Shown here: piece after piece, positions 12,190-23,097 of the stretch
Layout of the letters: every line of letters starts with the position of its first letter
Position numbering within the stretch: position 1 is the stretch's first letter
The notes under the pieces: generated by a model
What the model was told of the DNA's origin: nothing
The model's database searches: none
What the model saw: only the letters and a program-made list of their open reading frames with translations
Source: Moniliella sp. 'wahieum'
Lineage: Eukaryota
Length of the DNA stretch: 64,000 nucleotides
Reading direction: 5' to 3'
Assembly: GCA_003971905.1 (NCBI GenBank)
Contig: RSEE01000064.1
Span: 1-64,000, forward strand
Program-made: the position numbers and the translations under genes

Positions 12190-14708
12190 ATGCACCGACG
12201 CTCTCTGCTTGAGCAGGCAATCGCAGATGACGCGCATGCACTGCTCGTGCCTGATCCCTTCTCTACCCCTCGCTCGCATCGTCCAGGGGCAGGGCCAATC
12301 TTCTCCCTTTGCGCAAGATGCTGCGACAGGAAAGGGCCATCCTCCCGCGCGCGCCCTGCCACTCGCGGCGAAGGCAGCGGTGCTGGCGATCCAAGTGTCT
12401 CCATCCCTCTGCCTTCCACCCGACACTTGCTCCCGCAACGGTCCTGGCCCCCAGCACCACGCGCGAACCGAAATCGTAATGAGCCTCGTCCCACCAACCG
12501 CGCCGGCGGGTGATCAACTGTGCCGGTGTGGCGATCGCATGAGTGGGAAATTTGTCCGGCACTAGGCACAGGTACCTTATGATTGCTTTTGCTGCCATGA
12601 CTGTGGGGTTCTGTGGCGTCCAAGTAACTTTGTTCCGGCCCGACGACGAAAGGGGGAACCATATCCTCTGTGTGAGCACGACTATTGCGTCGCAGGAGCT
12701 CTCTCTGTGCCGCCTGCGACTGCCCTCTCGGCTCCTACATCAGAGCGCTCAACAAATCGTTCCACATCGAGCACTTTACGTGCTGGCTGTGCGTGTTGTA
12801 TTTGGTCCGATGATGCCTATTATGAACATGATGGCAAGGTCTATTGTCATTTTCACTTCTCAACACGGTTTGCCTCCCGTTGCAGAGGATGCAAAAGTGC
12901 GATCCTTCGCCAGTTTGTTGAAATTGATCGCAATGGCCGCACTGAGATGGCACCCGCGTGCTTATGATCAAGAAAGTAGTCCTTTGTTCCTTCTGCCTTC
13001 GTTCCTTCGTTCCTTCGTTCCTTCGCCTTCCCCATTCATGATCAGAAGGATTTGCTAACACAAAAGACATATTGTATCGTAGTACTGGAACATTACGCTC
13101 TTGCGCCAGCCGCAAGGATTCGCGCGACACAGCCTGATGGAAGGGGAGGGGGGCAGGAGACGAATCAAAGCTGCATTTGCATCCAGAAACGACGGGCCGA
13201 ATAAAGGAACGGCAGATACTTGTATGAAATCGGCGCGCTGAGGCGTGTACTCGCACTAGAGGCGATCGAGACACCAGCCTCTCTCAAGGCCAAGCAACAA
13301 GCGATGGAGGAAAAGGCAGTGCGAGTCTGGACTGTGCTCTCGGCATTCGAAGACTCGGCGGCATCCTGCATCTCCAACGTGCTGGATGTGCTTGCCGCAC
13401 GCGACTTTCTCGGCGCCACCAGAACGACTGAGCAGCTGATATTCCATGCCGAGCTGCTTTTTGCTGCGACAGACAAACTGGACGACTCCTCGTATGGCGG
13501 TTCACTTCCTGTCGGCCTGCAGTTTGGATGCGTCAGGTGCTACACCAACGCTTCAGGTACTGTGTTGCTACGAGAGACGCGTAGGCTCCACCAAGAAATT
13601 GACAACTTTATTCAATCACTATCTCGCTTTTCCCAACCCCCTTGCCCAGAGAAGATGTCGCAAACTCTTCGTCTAACCCTCCTTCGCCCCACCCTATTCG
13701 ACACTCTCTGTGCGTAGGGTACCATCGTTTTGGAGTCTGGGGAAACCCCCTGTTTAGCCCATCATCGCCTCCGTCGTATTCAAGGATCTCCTTGCGTAGC
13801 GCGTCATTGTTTTCGCCAGATGATGATGCAGCTTCAGGCACCTTCAGGGCCGCCGCCCCCCACCTTCCACAGTCGTCGCGAGCCAGTACAAAGGCCACGC
13901 GTTGGTGGTATTGCCGAAGCGCTTAAGAAACTAACCCAACTGGCGCTTGTGAACGCAGTGCACCTGAATGATGCATTTTGGACAAGTTCCTTGACCAGCT
14001 CGCCCACGTTGAGGTTATCGCAACTGGCGGGACTTCTCCGTATGACGCCGATGATACGCAGCTAGGCTGTGGCTACCCAACCGTTCCGCGCAACTCTCCT
14101 TGGCGTACAACAACAAGTGCGAATCCTTCTTCCTCCGACTCTGACGCTACGTGGACAGACCGATGCGCTGGTTGCCAGCAAAAGGTTGAGGAGGAGTGCT
14201 TTGCGTTCAACAGCTGGACCCGTTGGCACTTGTCATGCTTTCGCTGCGCCATGTGTACCCGTCCTACAACTGCGTCGCTTGCGAAGGACGCAAGCCGTGG
14301 CTCCGCCCCACCTTCCCTGGAGCCTCCTCCCAGTTGACGCCGCTCAGACACCAACTCGGGGACCTCTGTCGTGCCGGAGCCCTGGCTGTGGATCGGTTTG
14401 CGATCGAGATGCACCCATGGACATCAACCCGACTGCGTCATGGCATCCCAACCCCCCTCGATTGGGGACCACCGCCTCCCCCCCGCAGCTGCAGAACAGC
14501 AGGCGTCGGTCTCGGGTTGGGGTTCGACTATGGCTTCTTCGTCGGCACCCCCATCTCATGGAGTAACCTACGCACCAATGTGTGCTGGATGTTTTCAGGT
14601 CACCAAGACACCGCCTTCAGGTTTGAGCACGTTACACTACGGGAGCAGTACGCCTTTTTGCATCGGGTGGCTTTGGTCCACCTGTTTTTCCAAATGGCGG
14701 GGGAGTAA
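12190..14708 (+). CDS. Lrg1/Rga-like LIM-domain protein, N-terminal part only (no RhoGAP)
   Basis: LIM motifs CGDRMSGKFVR, FHIEHFTC..C, DDAYYEHDGKVYCHFHFSTRFASRCRGCKSAILRQFVE and CAGCQQKVEEEC..WHLSCFRC. Lrg1-family segments MEEKAVRVWTVLSAFEDSAASCIS and FEHVTLREQYAFLHRVAL. Intron at about 12976-13082. Confidence 0.8.
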
Positions 14709-15715
14709 AGCCAACAGTTGCGCAGGAGGCACCCCCACCCTGTGGAGCCAGGTGCTGAGACTGTGGTTGGACGGAGCAGAGGCCTGTCCGTGCAGCTCTT
14801 CTCGCCTTCCTCCGTATCCGATCCGAGCAGTCATCAGGGGCATTTCCTGCTCTAGTTAGCATCACATTACGCACAGCATCTTCCATCTGGGTCTGCCGCT
14901 CGTCGAGCCGGAGATCTGGCAGAGCACGAGCACACAATTTGGCGGAGAGCCAAGCTGCCACAGGGGGAGAGGTCTCCCAGAGGTTAGCGCCTTGGTGGGG
15001 GAAACGCAAGGACAAAGGGTGGGTGTTGTGGAACGGCAAGGGGCTGGTGCCTGCGACGCCTGCCTGTCTCACGACGAGAGGGAGGATCAAGGGGTGGCGC
15101 CCGACAGGGCATCTAGTAGATTCATGCTTGATGAGTGATTGGTTGCCGTGGGTCCAGTCAGGGCGGACGGCGTGTTGAGAGCAAGATGGGTGTTGGTTGG
15201 CTTGACCAGAGTCACTTCAAGCGTTGGCCGTCGCTAACCAAGGCGGCCGGGAGTTAGGGTTGGACGACAGAGCGGCGCTGTGGTGCTCGAGGGCGAGCAT
15301 GCTGAGGTAAGACGGAGAGGCGGGGCACTGGCGCTGTGGGGGGGGCGGGGGCGGGGGGGCTCATGTCGGGATGGCATCGCCATGGACATCGACGCCGGCC
15401 GGCATCGGCAGGGCACTGCCGTGGCCGCGAGCAAGGCCAGGTCGCCTCCTCTCCGCTCTCTGCTCGCACGCGGCAAACACAACCCCACACGCAAACACAA
15501 ACCCCACACCAAACAGCCCGCACGCGACAAACGACGCAGGCGAAGGGCACACAAACCAGGGCGGACAGCTGGCAGCCAGCGGCACAGAAACAACACACGC
15601 CCAACCAGCAATCAGCACACAGCACAGACAGCACAACAGCACCCGCCCGCCCGCATCCGTCTACTCGCAGCTCTCAGACGCCGACGCCGCCGCCCAGCCC
15701 CCCCCCCCCTCCTCC

Positions 15716-18700
15716 ATGGACGCCGCCCCTCCCGCGTCCCCCCCGGCACCCCCGCCCGTCAGGGCGCCCACAGCCGACCATACCCCATCCCCATTCCAGC
15801 GCCACCTCTTCTCCATCCGCCTCGACTGGGAGTCCGCTTCTGCCTCGTCCTCCATCCGAGCCGTTACCCCTCCCCGTATCGATCCCAGCGGCGCCGCCGC
15901 CACCCCTCCGCCCGCATCTGTCTCCGCCCCTGCCCCTGTCTCCGTCCTCGCCCCCCCCCAGCGCCCTTCCCGCCGGGTGCCCCCCGGCCGATGGCGGTGC
16001 TGCTGCGGGTGCTTTCGCTGATGCTGGCGTCTCTGTGGAGTTTCACTTGGGCGAGCCAATGTTGCACCTCAGGGTGGGGAACGTGGTGTGCGTCCGGCGG
16101 GGGAGCGACGGGTACATGAGCGCATCCCAGATTTCAGGATCGCCAACCTGTCCGGGTCGAGGGCCCAAAGGTTGCGGAGCATGTCCTCACCGGCGAGCAC
16201 AAAAGGATAACGAATGGGCACGTCCGCTACCGAGGCACATGGATCCCCATTGAGAGTGCCATCCAACTGGCGGTGCAATGCAATGTTGCACACCTACTCA
16301 AACCACTCCTGGAAGCTGATCTATCATCGTTACCCCTTGCTCCACCTTCCCCTCGTCCCCCTTACCTGATATTGGTGGTGCCGCTGCTGGGACACCCGAA
16401 CGTGCTGCTACTGGGACACCTGATCGTGCTGCTGCTGGGACACCCAATCGTGCTGCTGGCACATCCTACCATGCCATTTTTGCACATCCTATGCTAGCGC
16501 CAACACGCCTCCTCCTACTGGCATCCACCTGGTGACCCACTGGAACCAGCCCGTATTCCAGCTAGTGGTACGCAACATTGCGTGCTTGCGGCGGGAAGCA
16601 GATGGGTACGTGAGCGCGACCCGGATCCTCAAAATTTGGAATTGATCATTCGAGAGAAGGTGCTCTCACGATTCCCAGCTGAGAACGCACTCACGGGCCA
16701 CCGGCGCGACGGCACGTGGATCCCACTTCAGGATGCCATCCAGTTGGCACCGAGCTCACGTTTTCCATCTGCTCGAACCGCTTCTCGAGCATGATCTGCA
16801 GTCATCATCACTCGTCTGCAAGTCTGCCTCTGAGCCACCACCCCCTCCGCCCCCAGCCTCCTTGCGTCTGTTCCATCCCACATGCCCGCCCGGTTCTCAT
16901 CCACTCACTGCTGCCTTGGGTGCGTCCAAAGCTGTTGAGCCAGCGATTGCACGTCTCCGCCGCGACGCACGCTTTGCCTCGGTCTGTCATTTTCTCGCCA
17001 CCTTCCAGCCTGCACTTGGGCTTGCCCCTCTCTCGCCCGCGCAGCTGGAACAGGATTTGGTCCATGGGTTGGCTACGCAGACAGCCGAGGTAATTCGCGT
17101 GCTATTGCGCCTTCTCACCCCTGGCACTGTCTCCCCTTCGACCTGGCTCAGTACCCTGCGCGCCGAGTATGATCTCCGCATGCCCTCCCATGCGCCTGGC
17201 TCGGATCCGACGAGCACCCACGCACGTTTGCATCTCTCCCCCGTTCCATCCAGCTCGGCGTTCTCCATGACGTCACGTCATGGTTATCCTTAGCGCCCGA
17301 TTGTATTCTTCGCGTAATGGGCGACGAAACCCATTCCACAAGAACAGTCCGACCCAATAGGGTGGGACCGGGACGGCAACTCGTACTACCTTATTGATAC
17401 GCGGTTGTGGGTACTGTATTCCCATTCGGATCAGTCTGAAGAGCCCCAGGTTCCCGCGGAGACGGAGGAGGCGGGTGCTTTCGATGAACCTGTAGGACCG
17501 GATGGAGGTGGAGACGGGGCCACAGAATCCACCTCTTCATCCGATGATGCATGAGCTCCATTTCCACCGAGGACATTCTCCTATTGTCGGGTCCGGATCA
17601 AAGAACAATCGAGCTCGTTGGCCCAAAACCCCTCCCCGTGAGCCACCACCTCAGCAGGAACACTGTTGCAGGAGGCTTTCCCTCAGGCGGGGACGACGAT
17701 ACGAGCACGGATTCGTCCTCGGGGGATGAGGCAGAGACACCCCCTCGACCCACGACGCCGGAACGCCCACCAGAGCACATGGGGGAGCAGCCCGAGGGCG
17801 AAGTGGATGAGACGGAACAAGTGGTTTACGATGTGCTTCAGTGCAAGCCGATGGGGACAAGCAAGCGCAGTTTGCGCGGTGGGACGAGCAGCTTGAATCG
17901 GACGCGATCGCACTCGAAGCGCCGCTGGAGGGCAAGGTAGAAATGGAGCTGGTTTGTTCCACCCGGGCTGAGTGGGAAGCTTTCTTCTCTGCCCTCCACC
18001 CGCCGCCGCCCAATACCGAAGAGGGGGGAATGACACAAGACGCGGACGAGGCAAACCTGTTTGCCTTTTTGTCGAGCGGGCCGCTGGACAAGATCTTCAC
18101 TGCTGTCGATGCCCAGGCCAAGGCTGAAAAAATCCAGGCAACCCAGGAAAAAGCGAAACTGATGGAGGTTGCGCTAGGCTCGAGGAAGCGCTCGTCTCGC
18201 ATCGTAGCGCAAGAAGAAGAGCGGGTTCGGCGCGACGCGACGGTCGAGGAAGAAACGGCACAGGGACCCGAGGAGAAAGCACAGCGTACGATGGCGAATG
18301 TCAAGCGGAGGCGGCCAGCAGAGAGCCAGACTAAAAGGCGGCTGTTTTGCGCAGATCAAGAGCGAGATGGAGCGGATCGAGGCTCGGCGCATCTACATGA
18401 GAGCATGGCGTGCAAGCAGGGCCAGAAGGCAGGTGAGGGGCTTCTCAAAGTCAGGCGCGGCGGGTGCCAACCCAAAAGATTGCGGTGCCTGCCTCCACCA
18501 GCACCCGATCGATCGCAGCGGAAATGGGGTTCTTCGACTGTGAGGTGTGCGGACGGATGGGGCGCCTGCCGCCGCCTAGTTGGCGGATGAAGGCGTGCGC
18601 TGTGTGTGGCGTTCTGCACCATGTGCGCTGCTGGACCAACTATCTGATTCGGCAGGACATTGCGCCATCGATGGGACTCGGACGCCTTCTATTGCATCAA

Positions 18701-18896
18701 ACACCGCCCCGAGCCCCTTCGCCAGCGCAATGGCGGCATCCCTGAGCCGCCCGACCAGGAGCGGAAGAGGAAGAAGAGGGCGCAGCGCGCCAGTACAATG
18801 CAACAACGCGTGCTGCCTGTCGAAGGGGATATGTCCGTCCCAAGGCTGCCTCTCCTCCGCTGCCCCCGTCGCCACTACCATCCAACCAATCCGTAG
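15716..18896 (+). CDS. Tandem KilA-N/APSES x2 - DDT - WHIM - PHD chromatin protein (frameshifted)
   Basis: APSES1 at about 16030-16320 (CVRRGSDGYMSASQI..RYRGTWIPIESAIQLA..HLLKPLL). APSES2 at about 16525-16800 (CLRREADGYVSATRILK..DGTWIPLQDAIQLA..HLLEPLL). DDT-like LRRDARFASVCHFLATF; WHIM-like PIGWDRDGNSYY and ELVCSTRAEWEAF; PHD CEVC..CAVCGVLHHVRC..FYCIKH. Confidence 0.75.
16378..16466 (+). repeat. 24-bp tandem repeat, about 3.5 copies, between the two APSES domains
   Basis: Unit approximately GTGCTGCTRCTGGGACACCYRAWC, repeated. One frame reads AAAGTPER-AATGTPDR-AAAGTPNR. Confidence 0.85.
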
Positions 18897-19345
18897 TCCT
18901 GGCCCCGCGGCACTCCTCCCGCCTTGCGTCCAGGCGCACGGTGACCTCGTACGCCGAATCTCCCTCGCCGTCCCCGCCCTCGCCTCAACCCCACCCCAGC
19001 ACAGTCCTGTGCGGAATCCATGGATGGGCCGATACCTCCGCCGGTGGAGGGGCAGGATACGCCTCGTTCTCCTCCGCCCTGGAGCCGAAGGAGGAAGAGA
19101 CGATGTATCACTAGCTCGCAGCGACTGTTTCCATTGTATGAGTCGCGTTTCGTCTCTGCGGCGAGGTGGCGAATGGTCGCTTGAACTCCTTTCTTGCAGG
19201 CCCTGTGGGGCTCTGTGTGTATAACAATGCATCCACTTGCCGAAGTCCCTCTGCTGCTCCGGCCATGACCAGCTCAATAACCCCCACTCGGCCAGTATCG
19301 CTAGCAAAAATATAGATTCCACAGCAGTTGTAGCACAACCCCCAC

Positions 19346-20788
19346 CTACGCTTCGACAAACGCACGGAACACCTCTACTTCCTCCCCTGGCTGGACTCGC
19401 CCATGTGTGCGAGCCATGATGGTCAGCGGTACGCCGGTGCCGCGAACACAGCTGCGCCCTCGTCGATCTCCAGCCCGCCCTCTGCGTCACCGAGAGGAAA
19501 GTGATCTGCACATGTCCTCGCGTCGCCAGCAACACGGACGGTCCCTGGATCGCGCGGTGGGTCTCCTCTGTGCCCTCGACGCTGGGCAAAACCGTACGCA
19601 GCACGCGGAAATCGTCAATCGGAGGCCGGTACAGCATCGTTTTGCCCCCGCCTCCCTCCCACGGCTCGCGATGCATCCGCATCTCCTCGCCTGGCGCATC
19701 CTCGTACGTTAGCATTTCCACCAACGTCGCCGTGTCTCGCAACTTGGGTGTCAGCCCCGCCCGCACCACATTGTCGCTCGCCGCCATGCACTCCACCACC
19801 TCTCCCGACAGGTAGGCGTGCGGTGTGTTGGCACCCAAATAGAGCGCCTCGCCCGGTACCAAATGGAGCAAATTGAGCAGATAGGTGCACAGAATGCCCA
19901 CATCATCGGAAATTGGGATTGGAGGGCAAGAACTTGCTTCGAAATGCTTGGTGTCTCGGTAGGATGGAGGGTGCCTGCCTCGTATCGTGCTATCAGAAGC
20001 TCGATTGTATCCTTCACCATTTCAGGGGGAGCCGTCATGATCGCTTCAAAAACGCGACGGAGGACGGCTTTGTGTTCTGCGTCGGGAGTGTCGCCGTCCA
20101 CTGCATGGCCCACATATTGCAACAAGGCATTCTCTCCATGCCAAGCCCACGGGCCACCAGCCCGCGAAGCTCTGCAATGTCATGCAAAAACTGATGAATC
20201 TCCCGCAGAGGGCGGAAGCCACAGAAACCGTGAAAGGTAGTCAACGCTACCACCATCTCTGGCTTGTGGTTGTCGTCGCGATAAATGTCGGGGTGCGAAG
20301 CGTGGAGACGCTGGGCCAGTTGCTTGTCCGGGTGCGCCTGGACGGACAAGGCCTTTCCGACGCTAAGCACCTTGAAGAGGAACGGGAGGGGCGACTTGCC
20401 CTGCAATCCGTACTTGTCCACCACGCCTTGCGACAGCAACGCGGGGTGGGCGCGGAGGTAGGCGCCGAGCTCGATGCGGGCACTGTCAGGCGGCGCGACG
20501 CGGGAGGCTTGATATAGCACGGGCCCGAGGGGTGCGAGCCAATCCAGAGCTGGGCATGCGCGTGGGGGTCAGCGGCGGCGGATGCGGGCTGGGCGCGGGG
20601 AGGGAGCGCACCTCGGCATAGGGCGTGGCAGGGTCGTAGCCGTGGGGGCCCAGCCAGGCGGCGCCGGTGCCGTCAAAGGCATAGTGGGCGACGAGGGCCG
20701 TGGCGCCGGGCATGCCCCACGCGTACGTCTGCATGCCGGGGGCGATGTGGAAGACGGGGCCGTAGGCGCCCAGGTCGAGCGCGGACAT
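19346..20788 (-). CDS. PMI40: Mannose-6-phosphate isomerase, class I
   Basis: QTYAWG, PYAE|LWIGSHP, LPFLFKVLSVGKALSVQAHPDK, DDNHKPEM, PHAYLSGEVVECMAASDNVVRAGLTPK, and C-terminal EVFRAFVEA*. Intron at about 20550-20611. Confidence 0.95.
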
Positions 20789-21400
20789 GCTGGTGGTGCG
20801 GCGGGGGAGGCGAGGGCGCATGCGTGCGCATCTGTCGTATATACACGGCCACGCCAGCGCCCCTGATGGCGCGGTGTGTGATGGCCATCAGGGGCTGCGC
20901 GCCTGGGCGGAGTGGCCCAGCGCCCAGCGCCCAAGCATGCCGCTCCACACACCGCCGCCGTGCCTGCGGCCCGAGCCACTCTTTGCTCCGCAAGGCGGCC
21001 GACCAGAGTGACTAGTCAGCCTAGGCGCCTGGCCATCCCCTCGATGCCGTCCATACGCCCTCGGAATACAATCAACGCGACCATCACCACCACGGGGCCC
21101 ACCACCACCACCTTCGCTTTCCTCTTCTCTCGGCTCTCTTCGTGCTGTCCGTCCTTTCCGCACGCTCGAGCCATCCACATGCTTACCCCCCTCGCCCTCT
21201 CGTCTTTCGCTCGGCGCTTGCCGGTGTTGGGCAGCCATGTGCATGCCCGCCTCGCCAGGCCCGCGCCATTGTTGCTCTTGGGCAGTCTAGATGCTCAAGC
21301 TCTCAAGGCCGAGACCACCTACCTGCACCCGGAAGATGGTTAAATGCATCATCATCAACCATCTCGATCATCGCGTTGGCGGAGCTTGGCCCCCAACGCA

Positions 21401-23097
21401 TTATATACCAACCCAGCCGGCGGAGCACCACACTCCCGCCCTCGCACCTTCCTCTTCACTTCTTGCGCCCGAGACGCTCCGACAGCTCGCGCTGCGCCAG
21501 ACGCTGCCCGCGTTCTTGCGCCGGCCCTGCGCCACGAGCTCATCGAGACGCGTCTTCAGCAGCTCCGTGTTGTCCGCCAGCGGGCACTCCGACAGCGGAT
21601 GGTACGGTGTCGCGTGGCACACCCCGCACTCTTGCACCTTGAAAGCCGCCCCTCCCCGCCGGTGCTCTTCCGCGCCTTCTTTGCCGGCGCCTCCGCCTCC
21701 TCGCTCTCCACCCGGCTTTGTTCGGGCGTCTCACCCGTCCCCATTTCCACAGCGACGTTCGTCGGCACCTCGTCACCGCCAGTAACGGCCGGATCCGCCT
21801 CCAGCGCACGTTTCTGCGGCGTCTGGGAGGCACCCATACCGGGCGGACGGCATCCAAATCGAGGGGGAGGGAAGACGGGTTGGTACGAGTACGATTTCGG
21901 CGGCTTGATATGGATCGCCACCTCCTCTGGTGCCCAGGGGGGCAAGGCTTTGATCTTGTGCTCAAAAGCAGTGAAGTCATTCTGGTCATGCAGCTCGATC
22001 ATCATGCCGCGGTACACATATGCCAACACCAGTGGGTCCGACTTCTTCAGCTTCAAGCGGTTCCGCACAAGCCTCCGTTGCAGACAACGTGGGGATGTCT
22101 GTTCTAGCGTTAGTACAAGCTTAAAATCGAAATCAGCGAGCCACATACCCGTAAGCAAGCGTGAAAACGTCGGGCCACCTAGCACGACAAAGTTAACCGT
22201 TCCTGAGGCAGGGCGAGCAGGTACCGGCTGAGGAAGGGGGAGCGACGGCAGCGACGGTGGAGGAACGTCGGCGCTCGGGGCGTCGGCTTGGCGTGCGGAT
22301 TTGCGCGTCTTGCGTACCGGGCGCTGCCCCGATGCCAGGGGAGCCTCATCGCTCGATGAACCTGCAGCCGCCGCGGCCGCCGCGAGCTCAGCTAGCTCCT
22401 TCTTACTCGGCCGCCCACGCTTCCTTGGGGTGGTAGTAGGCAGCGCAGCTGGAGCTTTGGTGCTGGCGCGTCCACGTTTTTTTACCGTCGGCGCGGGTGT
22501 GGTGGTACCAGCATTCCCGTTTGTCTCCTTGGACGCGTCTTCGGTGACAGGAGCAACCTCTTCATGTGCAGGCGCGGCCTCCGGCTCCTCCCTCCTTGCA
22601 TTCTGACTCTGGGGAAGCGCCTCCGGGCCAGACTCCCCTGTAACCAAGGATACCTGCGAAGGGAGCTCATCTACCTCGGGCTCAGGTTCCTCGGCTGCAG
22701 GCTGAGCATCCTTCTGAGTCGATTCCTCAGGCTCGACGTGCGGCTGATCCTGAACCTTGGACGCGTTGGTTTCCAAGCTGGCCTCCACCTCTTGCTGCGA
22801 TGGCTCGACAAAGCTCTCCTCGGCAAGTTGGGCGGGCTCCTCATCATTGGCGGTAAAGACAGTGTCGGTGGTCTTGTCACGAGGGTCGATGCTGACCTCA
22901 GCCTCGGTTGCATCGGCGTAGGTGCTGGTATCGGCGGCGTCCTTTTTCTTGCTGTCCTTGTGGTCCCTGCGCTTCTTCTTGTCACGACGCTCCTTTTTGC
23001 GGCCGTTCTCCTTCTCCTTGTCCTTGTGGTCCTTGTCTTTGTGGTCCCTGTGCCTGCGTTTGCGGGTACTGTCAGGCTGGGAGAGGCTGGGACTGGG
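21401..23097 (-). CDS. Hypothetical nuclear protein: K/E-rich region, AT-hook motifs, PB1-like segment, C-terminal Zn knuckle (5' exon not resolved)
   Basis: KKRGRA and PRKRGRPSKK AT-hook-like motifs; LVLAYVYRGMMIELHDQNDF; CGVCHATPYHPLSECP. Splice acceptor (CTGAC..CCCAG) at about 23075. Confidence 0.55.

Noticed and set aside
12995..13026. (TTCCTTCG)n repeat
   Set aside because: Ordinary simple repeat inside an intron.
16378..16466. CRISPR-like array
   Set aside because: Head-to-tail coding repeat without unique spacers, in a eukaryotic gene.
19346..20788. Programmed frameshifting or pseudogenization of PMI40 and other core genes
   Set aside because: Indels are scattered through all genes, which fits sequencing error better.
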